Shown: piece by piece, positions 50,193-64,000 of the stretch | Numbering within the stretch: the first letter of the stretch is position 1 | Layout: every line of letters starts with the position of its first letter | Source of the DNA: Vitrella brassicaformis CCMP3155 | Lineage: Eukaryota; Protista; Chromerida | Direction of reading: 5' to 3' | Length of the DNA stretch: 64,000 bases | NCBI GenBank assembly: GCA_001179505.1 | Contig: CDMY01000244.1 | Coordinates: 86,762 to 150,761, forward strand | Position numbers and translations under genes: made by a program | The notes under the pieces: model-generated | Told to the model about the DNA's origin: nothing | Databases searched by the model: none | Seen by the model: only the letters and a program-made list of their open reading frames with translations

Positions 50193-53052
50193 ATTCAAAG
50201 TTGCCCCTCGTTGGCCTTGGTTTCGATCAGAGTTGAAGCGGCAGACTCACAGCACACTAGCAACAGCCGCAGCCGTTACTTTCCTGTTGGGCATGGGAAC
50301 CTGGTCTTTTACGAAACATCCGCAGGGGAGGATCGTGCGGTAGGCGCACACACCACATCAATGGAGGCACACCGTCTCTTGCACATGTGTGTTCTTGCGC
50401 GTTTGCAGTTGTCACAAGAATTTTGGAGCAAAGCGGACCTTGAACGTTGTCACTGTCGTGCTGTCCTTGTTGCAGCGGGGTGTGGGAAGTCCTGGCGTCT
50501 GAACGTGCTGGCCCATGCCCAGGATACGTGGTTCCTCGCCTTTCTGGCGGAAACCGTTGGCTGTGAGAGTGGGGTTGAGATCGGCACCGATAGCGAAACC
50601 ATCGACTGTCTTGCCGGCCTGGTCAGCTGAGCTAGCCACGGCTGTGTGTATTCCCATGTGTCTACACACACAAACACGCGTCCGTCTTGTCTTCTTCTCT
50701 GTCCGTCAGACTGAGATTGATGTTTTGACGGAGCTGAGTTCCCAGCACTCGCAGCAGCCGGCCCCCCGTCCGCTCCTGAGTCGCATCGCCCGCACGCTGA
50801 GCACGGCCTTCAGACTCTACAAAGACGACGAGGATGATACAGGTGGGGGTGAGAAATCTTCCCATCCACCTCACGCAGACAAAGACAAGATACGTACGCA
50901 CGTGTGCTCTTTTTCGTCTTGCCGACCTCTACGGTTCAGATGAGGACAGCAAGGAGAAGCCGATTAACGGTGAGGACGGGGCGGGGAGTGGGGCACCACC
51001 AGCACCACCTGCACGAGAGTTCAAAGGCCGAGGCAAGCCAGCCACGGGCAAGCCGCCGCTGCCCCCCACATGGGCGGAGGCAAACAGTGTCACACTACCT
51101 GAGGGTACAAATGACCAACTTGAATGGACACTCTGAGAGTGGGTGCATTTGTTTTCTGTCTGTCTGTCTGTTCGTCTATCTATCTGGCTGGCTGGTGGCA
51201 GCGCTGCGCTCTACGGTCCTCCTATACGGGCTGCTCAACGCGGATCTGTCGCCCATACTCAATGAGGAGCGCACAGCTGTAAGCACGGCAACGCAAAGGA
51301 ATACATACACGTCTCACCTGTACGTGCAACCATTGCACGCCCTGCCCTGCTGGTGTCTCTGTCGTGTCACAGACTGCTGATGATGAATGACACCATGACA
51401 GCAAAGCCGTCACGCGGCTTTGTGAAGCCATGCAGTGCCCTGGCCGAGCTGAAGATGGTGGACGGCAGCAACAGCAGAAGCATCCAGCTCACCAAGCGCC
51501 TCGGCAGCGGCAGCACAGCGCCAGTCTTTCTCGGCCGCTCGTCCCTTCACGGCGCTGCCAGAGCGTACAAGCTCGCTATCGAGCCCAGGCAGCGCCCTGA
51601 CGGAGCGGCGGCGACTCCCGAGGACGTTAAGGCGTTGGTGGTCCGTCTGCCAGCGGGAGTTCGCCGTCGATGCGCAGAGGTACCGGGAGGTTCAGTGGAG
51701 CATGCAGCAGAACGGGCTGGCCAGCGCGCCGTTTCTGCGATGCTTCACCTGGAGGGCGGAGAGGGACGGGGGCGCGACGTACAGAGAGAGCGGAGCGGGG
51801 GAGGCAGACAAGTGTCTGTACTTGGAGCTAGACCTGCTGCCCGGTAGACAAAACGAAGAAGAGGGTGCGGCGCCTTGGGTGGAAACGTGTGTCGAAACAT
51901 TGTCTTTTTTGGCCATTCTTCATCTCTTGCAGACTCGTATGCGTCGCTCAACGAGTACGTGTGGAACCAGGGCAGGGACTTCCTGACCATCGACAACTAC
52001 TACCCCTGCAGAAGGCCCGACGACCACGAGGGCATCCTCGAGAAGCTCATCGAGTTTGTCAGGGCCTTCAAGCGGGCGGCAGTGGCCCACCTGGTGGCGC
52101 ATGACATGGGTTTTGTCTGCGGGGACCACTACATCAACAACGTATACATCGATACCAAGCCAGTCCCGTCAGGTGAGAAGGAGACGAACAATCGAACACC
52201 CAGCTTTCTTCTGAGGTACTCCTGTCCTTTCGTTAGACATGCTCAAGGCCACGGAAATCCTCGCCGCCATCAGGACCGCCACCTCCCCCACCACCACTCC
52301 GTGGGAGGCGCTCAGCGTGGTGCTGATCGACCTGGCCAACATGTTCCTCATGGACGACGATTTGCACACTCAAAACCACCCCCGAGAGCCCGTCGCCCGT
52401 GTGCCGTGCAGGAAGGACGCCCAGGACGCCGCCGCACAGCTGCCCACCCACACTCAGTTCCATGCGGCGCCAGAGCAGATTATCCTGCACGTGCACTACT
52501 TGATGGAGGACAAGGACGCCACGTCAGGCATTGGTGAGGGCACGCTCAATTCCCCCTCCCTCCCTCGCATGGACGTGCATGCCTGTGACACAACATGGTG
52601 TGTCTCCGTTTGTGTGTCTCCCCTTCAGGTCATCCATCGGTCAGATCCGCCAGGAAGCTGCACCGCACCCTCAAGAAGCAGCGGCTGATCGAGGGGTCGT
52701 CGCGGCGCGAGGCGGATGTGCTGATCGGCCAGCTCACGCCTGTGTTCGGGCTTGGCCTCGCCTTGTCGAACGCCATCGGGGGAAGGATGTGGCAGACTGC
52801 CCTGGCCAGGCGCGAAGGTGACGCGAGAACGGCTACGGCGAGCAGCAGATGGTGACGGCGTTGAACTGGGACGAGACCGTCCAGACCCGCCCCATCTTCG
52901 ACGACCGCGAGCCGCGTCATCTGCACCTGAGGACATTAGAGCGCGGCCTGGAGTGGCTGGATCATGCCATCAAGAAGCTGTCGGCCATCGCAGCAAAAGG
53001 CGCTCAATTTCGATCAGGGGGAGAGGGGTACCTTGGGAGAGATGGTGGATAG
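50193..53052 (+). CDS. Divergent protein kinase with an apparent 1-nt frameshift near 52822 (pseudogene or assembly error); 5' end unresolved
   Basis: LGSGSTAPVFLG, ARAYKL, HDMGFVCGDHYINNVYI (D-x4-N), VVLIDLAN, FHAAPEQ and PVFGLGLAL. A subdomain-XI-like segment (MVTALNWDETVQTRPIF) is in a different frame. Confidence 0.6.
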
Positions 53053-53571
53053 TCTGCATGAGGTCATGGTTTTCTTGGAGGGTCAGAAGGCCGGCAACCC
53101 GCGATCTCCGCCGATTGCGGACGAGCCCAAGAGGAGACAGCTAGAATGTGTGTGTGTTCCATCGCAGTTGCGGTGCGGAACAGATGGTGTCTCCATCGCT
53201 GCTTACGTTTTATATTTGCTCGGCTCGTGAACACCATTTTACGCACAGCGTATCGGACTTCAGCAAGGATGCGCTACGCTGTCTACATTTTATGTCAGCT
53301 GGATTTGAAGGCTCTTTTCGACGCACCGCGCGGGGACACTCGTCAGCTGGCTAGTGCATGACAGAGAAGACACTGCATCGATAAGATAAGTGAATGTCTG
53401 TTGCTGGATGGGCTTCATGGATGACGTCAGCACGAGACAAGGCAAGCAAACAAAGCAGGAGGGAGCAGGAGTCAATGTAGGTAGGGTAGGGAACGATAAT
53501 GATATCAACACACACATGCACGCAGCCCAGCACGGCACGACACAGCGTGGCCCAGCAGATCAGATCATCAA

Positions 53572-55604
53572 TCATCTGTTCTTGTCTCTGGGGGAGGGAG
53601 GTGACGACAAGGCCACGAACTGGAAACAAAATACACAAAGTCGGACACGCGAGTACATCTGCGCGGGGGGCAGCGACGGACCCCCGCCAGAAGAATAACC
53701 CGCCCCGACACGCCTCCGCCTTGGCCGCGGCGTCTCCTCGTCGTCGTCCCGTAGGGCCGTTGACGGCTCATCCTTATCTCTCAGCCACCCCCTCTCCCTC
53801 TCCCCGCTGTACTCCTCTGCCCGCCATCTGTCGCGCAGACGCCTCACCGTCGCGTGTGTGACAACTCCAGGCAGGTTGTCAACCACATAGTCCATCTCAC
53901 ACAACCTAACACACCACACCACCATCGCGGCCATGCCTCGCGGCTTTCCATGTCTTTCGCTGTGTGTGTAGTGTATTGTTTACCCGCACTTGGCCCGCTT
54001 AATGCCGAAGATCTGCTGCTGCTTTCGTTGGTCGGCCTCCGTCTCAACATCAGCGGGCCTGGACGAGGGCACTCCCGCACTCTTGGTGCGCCGCTCTGCC
54101 TTGTCCTTGAGGCTCTTCATGCGACTTCTCTGGAGGTCGGTGCGCTCTGCTGACGGTGAGGGTGGCATGGAGCAAGGCGCGGTGGGCTGTGAGGGGCGGA
54201 GGGTGCGGGGGCTGGCCGCCAAATCCTCCAAAGGTTTGAGGACCGACGAGTCCTCTGCGAACTTTCGCGCTGCCTTGTAGCGATTGTGCACATACATCTT
54301 CTCCTCCTGTCTGTCCAATACCTGCTTGATGCATGGAAGACCCACATCGCATTTATGGGCAAGTGCCTGTCTCACGTGTGTGTCTTTGGTGTCTGTCTCG
54401 CTACTGACCATCTTCACTTTAGCGTAGAGTGCGTCGGCTTGGCTTTGTTCATTTCTGAAGGCAGCGGTGTCCAGCTGTAGCTGCTGCAGCTTCCAGTTCT
54501 TCTCTTGCAACTGATACACACGCACACACAGACACAAACAGAGACAGACACGACACCATCATCTTCCGATCGCCCTCCCTCCGTGTGTCCGCTCCGAGCG
54601 CGCCTCACGTTCTTTTCTCTCTCTTTGTGCTGCTCATTAAGCTGCCCCTCACGCTGCTTCAGATGTTCAAATCTCGCGGCGTCCCTCTGCTCCCCCCTGG
54701 CCAGCAAATCCTCCTTCCTCTGCTGCATCCACTGCTCCGCCCGAGCGATGTTCTCATCATACCTCTCCAGCAGCCGCCTCCCCCGCGCAACAGCCTCCTC
54801 TCGGTGCTCTCTCTGCGTCTCATGGGCCCGCAGCTGCGCCAGGAGGCTCTTCTGGCTGAGGTCTACCTGCAAGGCGGCGATCGTCTGCTTCCGCGTCTTC
54901 TGTGCGATATCCGATTGTGCGAGAGATTTGGCCAGGTCGTCCAGCTTCTTCTTGCTCTCGTCCTTGGCCAGGCTCTTCCGGCTCTGTGTGGCGGAGCTCT
55001 TGCGCAGCTCGGCGGCCTCCGATCGGGCGGTGAGCTCCTGTCTCCTCTCGTCCCTCTTCTCTTGGCGGCGCCTGACGATGGCCTCTGACCGCTCCCGCAT
55101 CTGGTGGTCCTTGTCCATCCGCCGCTGGTGCCAGTACTCCCTTTGCGCCTCCCTCTTCTGCTGCAGCTCCCTCTCACGGTCGTTCCGCCGGATGGCCCGG
55201 GCCTCCTGGATAACCAGCCGCCTGAACTCGGCCTCTTGCTCTATCTTCCTCTGCTCTAGCAGGGACGCCTGGATGCACTCCCTCTCCCTCTTGATCTCCC
55301 GCTGGAGCAGCGCGTCCCCAGCCCGCTTGTTGGCCTGCCGCCTCTGTCTGGCCTCGTACGCCTCGGCAGACCGCTGCTTGAGCCTTTCTTGCGATTCTTC
55401 AAGCCGCCTGGTCTTGTCCAACTCATAACGGGCGCTCAGCTCGGCCGCGGTCGACGCCACCTCGGCCTTCTGGAGCAGATGGCGCTGCAGAGAGGCCGAT
55501 ATACGGAGCATGGTCTTGGCCGGGTTGGGTCTGCATGGCACCAGGGATGTGGTGATGGCGTCGGTGTCTTCGCCGTGGTGGGGGATGGAGGGGGCCTCAG
55601 CCAT
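53572..55604 (-). CDS. Long coiled-coil (trichohyalin-like, E/R/Q/K-rich) protein
   Basis: The first exon is an ORF of more than 300 aa of helical charged sequence, followed by 2-3 phase-compatible exons. The 3' end is uncertain. Confidence 0.7.
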
Positions 55605-56123
55605 CTGACAAAAGGAAGGGACGACAACAGCGAAATCGACGGAAACAAACGAGTCGATTATGGCTTAGCTCGCAAGCCCCCTGAGCTCGCATCGTGTTTT
55701 CCCTCCTGGTCTTCCCTGTAAGCCTCTTTTGGCGGAAGTTGTGTGTGGTGGGGGAGAGATCCGTCGCAAGGTTCGAGGCTCGCAGAAGCGCAGCTGACTT
55801 GTGACCGACTTTCCGACATCCGTGGGACCGGTCTTGATCCTACAAGGCTTTGGTTGCCGCCGTGTTTGTGTCTACGTACGTGCAGTACATCGCTTTCTTT
55901 AACCTCATCCGTGTGTCCAACACCTGTGACTGACGCCCTTCTTTTGAAGCGCTAGCTGCGGGAGTGTGTGATTCGCCTGATAGGTACGTACGTCATATGT
56001 CAAAGGCAGCCAGGTGCACAAACGCACATTCTGTTCCTCCCTCCGGCCTGGCCTGTGTGACGCTGCCTGCGTCCTTCAGGTGTCTGCCAGTCTGTCTGTC
56101 TGTGGGTGTGTTGTGCGTCATCG

Positions 56124-57311
56124 ATGACGACGTACGTCAAGGAGCACACGTTTGAGCATGACTGGGGCACTGTCACGAGCGCCCACTGGCGCAAGTACCC
56201 CAACTCTCTCCAGCCGCACGTCGTACAGGTCGACACCGTCAACCGGGAAATCGACCCAGACAACATGAGGTAGGTGCGGTGCGTCCACATGCAGAAAGCA
56301 GCCACTCGACCACTCACCCACACCACACACGCTCATCCACGCTTCCGCTGCCTGTGTGTCTGTGTGGTGTGGTGTGGTGTGGTGTGTGTCAGGTTTCGCA
56401 CTCGCCGTTTGTTGTCGCTCAAGTACCGCATCCCGTCGTGGGTGCAGATGCTGTTCGGCTTCAAGCTGGAGGGGCTGGCCGTCGAGGAGGCCGACTGCGA
56501 CCTGCTCAACGGCACCCTCGTCCTCCGCTCCCACAACCACACGTTCAGGTCGCTCTTCCGATGCGACGAGACGTGCACTTACAGGGTGCACCCTGACAAT
56601 CCACAGTGGTCAGCCAGTACTGCTGGCACATGGAAGGGCTGCTGGATCGACCGACGACACGATGGGTGCTCTGTGTGTGTGTGTGTGATTGCAGGACGTT
56701 GTATCGTCAGGAGGCGTGTTACCACGTGATGGGCTTCGGCAAGACCCTCGGCAAGCGGCTGGAGAAGATGGCCATACAATCTGCAGGCGAGAAATCGGAC
56801 AGGGTGCGTCAAAACACACACACACACACACACACACACGACATAGACACATCCAGCCATCCCATCGATCCGCTGTGCGTGCGTGTGTGTGTGTGTGTTG
56901 GTCATTCAGGGTATCGAGGTGGTGTCCGCCCTGGCCCAGCAGATCCAGGAGCACGACCCTCTCCCCCCGTTCACCATCCCCACCAGGAGGCCTCCAGACA
57001 ACACGCAAACCGACGCCACAGCCGACAACGGCAACAGCCCCTCCCGGCTGCCATCTTCCCTCTCCGCCTCCCCAGTCCCCTCCCAGTTCCCATTTTTCCC
57101 CTCACTCTGCCTCGCGTCTTTCGCCAGCTCCCTCAACTCGCTTCTGGGGAGGAGGCATCATAGTCAATCTGGCGAGGACAGGGGGGCCGCGCTCAGCGCA
57201 TGGTGGGGCACGGGAGTGGCCGTGGCGGCCGCTGCGGGGGGGCTGAGGGCGCGGTTGTTGTCCACGGGCAATGCGGTGGGGCGATCGATGTCTTATGCAC
57301 TTTTCTATTGA
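56124..57311 (+). CDS. PRELI/MSF1 (Ups/PRELID) mitochondrial lipid-transfer protein with a C-terminal extension
   Basis: MTTYVKEHTFEHDWGTVTSAHWRKYPNSLQPHVVQVDTVNREID...RRLLSLKYRIPSW...LRSHNHTF...ETCTYRVHPDNPQWTLYRQEA...RGIEVV. Confidence 0.9.
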
Positions 57312-57810
57312 GGGGTCGAGTAGAGGGGGGCCAGTGGGGGGATGTGATGGCATGGCTGACTGGCAGAGTGAGGGAGAGGGAGAGCCAAGGCAAGGCAAGG
57401 CAGGCAGGCCGTGTGAGTATTTTTGTGGCCGGCGGTGTGATCCTCACTCTAATACTAGAGCGAGAGATGAATGAGATGGGCGGGTGGGGTGTGGTGGGGC
57501 TCAATTGAAGGAGGAAGGCTGGTGTGCTGGGGTGGAGTGTGGTGTGGTGTGGTTGGGGAGAGGGGGCTTGATGAGCTGTCGCGTTTCTGCAGCTTGATGA
57601 GTGAACTCCCTTTTCGCCTTCCCTCCCTTGTGTTGGTGTAAGTGTCTGGTGCTGGCGCTTGTGTCGTCAGCAGCTGCACCATCGGCCAGGTTCAGCTACT
57701 GACGGCACGGGTGGCTGCTAAAGGCGCAGCACCGCCAAGGGGGAAGGTCGGTGTGGCCTGGATGACGGACTGCGAGGCAGACAGACAGTCTGTGTTTGGC
57801 ACTGGTATTC

Positions 57811-57879
57811 GAGCGGTCCTCCTAATGTGTGAGGGTCTTCCTGGCGAGCGGTCCTCCTAATGTGTGAGGGTCTTCCTGG
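57811..57879. repeat. 35-bp tandem duplication
   Basis: gagcggtcctcctaatgtgtgagggtcttcctgg occurs twice. Confidence 0.9.
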
Positions 57880-59120
57880 GCCTGAAAGCCTGGAGTTTGT
57901 CTGGCGTCTCGGTGTGTCGAGGCAGTAGACTGACTACGGGCAGGACGGCACAGGAAGGGCACCACACACACGGGGGATAGAGATTGAGACACTGCTATGG
58001 CGACAACACACAAAGGAGTGAACCGCTGCTGAGAGGATGCGACATGGATGGATGGATGGATTGGCCAGCAAACTCGAGCTGTTGAATTGTCACGTACGTA
58101 CGTTTAAGTAAGGCATGCACTGCACGCTCACACACAGCGAGCCATGAGAGAGTGTCAATCAATGTCTGGCAGTCAACCATGCCATAATATAACAGACAGA
58201 GCACCCAGCTGACAACATGCATGCACCACACACGGACCATGCACCTAGACAGACATGCACATGCACATACACATACACACACAGACAGCTACCGATCGAT
58301 GCGATCATCTTCCTCCCTCCCTTGCTCACTCCTTGCTGCCGCAGCTAGCTACAATGCTGGAGCGAATTGGCCACCTACCTACGCGTGGCAGAAACCACCT
58401 GTCTTCGTCCATGTATGTCGTCGGAAAAGTAACACGTTCGGTATGCGCGGTTCACCATGCGCTCCCCGTCCCTGTGCTGCCCGCATTTGTGCGTCGCCTT
58501 CTCTACCAGGCCGCAACGGCACAAATCTGAGCGTGGGATCACTCACATCTGTGATGTTGCTGGCTCGTCCAAGAGGCAATGCTCGACGCGAGGTTACACA
58601 GGGAGGTCAGAGGGATTGGCTACATGCCGCTTCGTCTCGTCTTCTCTGTCTGTCTGTCTACTTATCTGTCTTGATCAAAGGCCAGCCACTTGGCCGACAG
58701 ACGGGCTTTGTCTATCGGCTCTGCTCTGATCTGCTCTTCTCTCGCTTTATACGCGCACAACACCTCACATCAACATCACCATCACAAGCGGACCGCTCTT
58801 AATTAGCACGTACACAACACGCCCACACATAGACGACATAGAGGCATGACACACACAGCCATGCACAGCCAGACAGACAGACAGGTCTGTACGCTCTTCC
58901 TTCACTCTTCACTCTTCCTGAAAACACACACTGAAAAGACTGATAGGCGAAAAAGCTGACTCACTCAGCCATCCATCCATCCACCCGACCGACGCTAAGC
59001 AGAGAGGCCTCCCCTCACCCCTCATGTCATTGTCCGTCTGTCTGTCTGTCACGAGCCAGCTGTTCAGTTGGTCCGTCAGTATGGAATACCATCGGGGCGA
59101 CCATCAGTAGGTGGGGTGGC

Positions 59121-59655
59121 TCAGAGCTCGTCGTGGACGACGGGCTTGCTGGCCTTCTCCTTGACCCACTTGAGCAGACCCTCAGTCGTCCTGTGGTGAT
59201 AACGGGCGGACATATAAGAGTGTGGGTAGAAATGGGGTCACTTGGCTGTCTGTGGCGTGCGAGCATCCTTACCTCGCCCCGTTATATTTCGATGGGCCCT
59301 TGGCGCCGGCAGGGATCCAGAAGATAGTCGGGAAACTGACAATCACACACACACACACACACACATGCGCACACACACGTGCTTACGACTCATGGGTGGT
59401 GGGCGCCTCTCCCACCGCAGCATAGCATAGCCTTCATTACTTACTTACCCGCTCCAGTCAAATCCCTCGACAGGTGACTCGTTGGCTGTGCCGTCCATCT
59501 TGGCGACAACGATGTGGTCGATGGACGCCTTCTGGAGCTTCTCGGCGAACTCCTTGTAGACAGGCTCCAGCTTCTTGCAGTGGCCGCACCACGGCGCGTA
59601 CACCTCAAGCATCACATCCTTGTCGTCACGCAGCACTGACACACACACATACACA

Positions 59656-59695
<40 letters not shown>

Positions 59696-61506
59696 CGTGT
59701 ATGGATGCTGGCGTGTGTTGTGTGTTGTGTGTTGCCAATGGATGGATGGATGCGTGTACCCATTTCCTCGAAGTTTTTGGCGACGACGACCTTGACAGCC
59801 TCGTCGTTTTTCTCGGGGATGGCCTCGCTCTTGATGGCCTTCTCCACCTTGCCCGCACTGACGTCCTCCAGGAAGGACACGAGCTTCTCAGCCTCGATGG
59901 CCAGCTCAGTGGGGTACACGTAGCGGCCCGACTTCTTCTGCACGACTACGGCCGGGAACTCGCTCACGCCGAGCGCATCTGCACACACACACACACACAG
60001 AGGGAGGGGGTGAGCCTGTGTGTTGGTGGTGGGGTAGGGTGGTGTGGTGGGTGGTGGGTGGTCTGTGTGTGTTGGTCCCTCCCCCTCACTCACTCTCTGC
60101 GTGGCTGCCGAATTCCTCCGTGTTGAGGTGGACCATGGAGTAGCTCTGTCTGAACTTGGATGCGGCGGACCGCATGGCGTCGCCGTGCTTCTTGGCGTCG
60201 TCGGGCGACATGCACGCCCACACCAGGTCTTGCGAACGAGACACGTACTTGCTGTAGTTCTGATATACATATGGATGAGATGACCACACAGTCAGTCAGA
60301 CCACACGCAGACTGGCGTGTGTGTGTGTGTGTGTGTGTGTGTGACCTCTCCGCTGATGGCGCCGAAGAGTGGGAAGGACTCGTCCTTGACGAAAGCCTCG
60401 ATCTCATCGGCAGACTGGCGACACACATGACATGGACACAGGTCAGGTGGTGGAGACGACACATACACGTGACACGTGACATGGACACAGAGGTGTGTGT
60501 GTGTGTGTGGGAGCTGCTCCTCTCCTCTCACCTTGCCGGTGCAGGTGGTGGGGTCCTCGTCGGTCCTGTAGGCAATCACCTCATCCTTCGCGTCACCGCT
60601 CACCACAGCAATGAACTGACACACACACACACACAGAGAGAGATGACCACCACAGCCACTCTCCCTTCCTCCGTATGTATCTCCCTCACTCACCAATGCG
60701 AGGTCCCTGTTCTTGTCTGCGACTTTTTCGTATGTCTTGAAGAGTTCTGCCTCCTGGTCCTTGACGAACGCCACCATGAGGATGTCCTTATCCTTCTTGA
60801 GCTTCTCGAGCTCCTCACCCGTCACCACACGCACCGCAGGTCCCGTGCGCTTCTCAATCCACTCTATGATCGTCGGCTCCTGCCAGCCAGCCAGACACAG
60901 ACAAAACAACGAGACACACGCACACACAGACACAGACACAGACACAGACAGACAGAGATGGAGACACACACACACACACACACACACAGACGTGCAAAGC
61001 TCGTCTCGCTCGTCGCCCACAGGCTGGCTCACTGACTGACCGTCCTGCCTCCGTCGTATTCCTCGGCTTGTCCGTTTCTGAAGAACTTGATGGTGGGGTA
61101 TCCCCTGACCTCGTACTTCTCCGCCAGCTCCTTCTCCTGCGTGGCGTCCACCTTGGCCAGAGGCGGACCGCCGCTCTCCTTGAGCTTCTTGGCGGCCTTC
61201 TCGTACTCGGGAGCCAAACGCTTGCAGTGACCGCACCACGGCGCGTAAAACTCTGAGGACCGTCAGTCACACCACACGTCACACATCAACCACACAGAGA
61301 GAGAGAGATGTGCGCAAGATCTGGTGAGGCAGCGTCAGGGTGCGTGTGTGTGTGTGTGTGTGGTTACCGACGAGGCTGAGAGGGTTCTGCTCGATGAAGG
61401 AGGTGAAGTTGTCGGTGCCGAGCGTCACGACGGCCTCCTCATCCTCCGCACGCACGACGGCGGGTGCCGCGAGACAGATGGCGAGCACACTGATGACAAG
61501 CTTCAT
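59121..61506 (-). CDS. PDI: Protein disulfide isomerase (a-b-b'-a'), ER resident
   Basis: Signal peptide [20 protein letters not shown], two YAPWCGHCK active sites, [16 protein letters not shown] and C-terminal HDEL*. Confidence 0.97.
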
Positions 61507-61947
61507 GGCGGCAAGATGAGAAGAGATGTGGCAGATGCGGAGCTCAAGGCGCGTGGCGGAGGGGGAGCGGAGGGGGAGGAGGGAGTTTCAGCAGCCACGT
61601 TTGTTCCTCACGTGTGATCGCGATTTTTCAGTTTCACGGCAATTAGTCCTAAAGTCCGAAGACACTTCGCTCTCTCCCTTCGTCTCTCTGCTCGCAGAGC
61701 GAGTCAGCGGAGCGTCAAGCCTTGATAGATCTATCCATTGATCTATCGGTCAAGATGCACTTCGCCCCCCGAAGCATAGGCAAACGATTGCACTGAGACG
61801 ATGGATGCCATCCATCACTGGGGACGCTCCCTAGTACAACACAGTGCCTGACTGACCGCAATGTCCTATAAATCAATCGATGGATAAATCAATCATCAGA
61901 TGTCTGAGTGTATGTCGGTCGACCGACATAGCACGTCGACGCCTCCC

Positions 61948-63630
<1,683 letters not shown>

Positions 63631-64000
63631 GGCGGATGAGTGAATCGGTAGATCTGTCAAGGGCTGATGCTCTGCGCTGCGTTGCTGAACGGGGAGGGAA
63701 AAGGGACAGGGAAGAGGCGTCGCGCGATCACGAAAAGCTCGCAGCTAAGTCAGAAGGGATGTCGGTAGATGAGAGTGGCTGTGGAGGATCGCTGTCGTTG
63801 CCCGTTAAGGCAACAGATGAGCCAGAGGGACGGTTCACGAGAAGGAGGGACAGTTCGGAGTGCTCAGGGTTCTCAGCATGCAGTTGCATTACACGGCGGG
63901 ATCTACCCCAACACACGCAGCCTCTCACACCCCCTCTCGCACTGTGCTGTCCTTCTGCATCGCATTACAGCGATCTCCCCCTCTCAAACAGGTATCCGCA

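Noticed and set aside
54505-55428. 307-aa plus-strand ORF rich in S, C, R and L
   Set aside because: Antisense shadow of the coiled-coil gene.
60160-61035. 291-aa plus-strand ORF
   Set aside because: Antisense to PDI exons and introns, and includes translated (CA)n repeats.

Overview
This is intron-rich, GC-rich eukaryotic nuclear DNA. Introns are short (about 60-150 nt), mostly GT-AG, and filled with (GT)n, (CA)n and (CTGT)n microsatellites. The style and gene content suggest a chromerid alveolate such as Vitrella brassicaformis (inference). Because genes are heavily spliced, most ORFs in the six-frame track are exon fragments, intron read-throughs or antisense shadows; the gene models below were spliced by hand. 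About 17 protein-coding genes are present: a partial gene at the left edge, a Patched/NPC1-type sterol-sensing protein, a fatty acid elongase, an atypical kinase, an ABM-like membrane protein of a mainly bacterial family, PEPCK(ATP), a small twin-CX9C protein absent from the ORF track, an RS/Pro-rich protein, TFIIS, a UIM-bearing MINDY-3-like deubiquitinase, a histidine phosphatase/PGM, a hypothetical protein, a giant E3-E2 fusion, a LONRF-like RING protein, a frameshifted divergent kinase, a coiled-coil protein, a PRELI protein, PDI and LeuB. The most striking system is the 8.7 kb gene at 38291-46987. It appears to encode one polypeptide with a ubiquitin-like region, an RBX1/APC11-type RING-H2, a vWA domain interrupted by a U-box, and a catalytically intact UBC (E2) domain, and it has a deubiquitinase and another RING E3 nearby. 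Other notable observations are strand-biased telomere-like motifs just upstream of five start codons and a roughly 55 bp direct repeat flanking the atypical kinase. A 300-nt assembly gap lies at 39689-39988.
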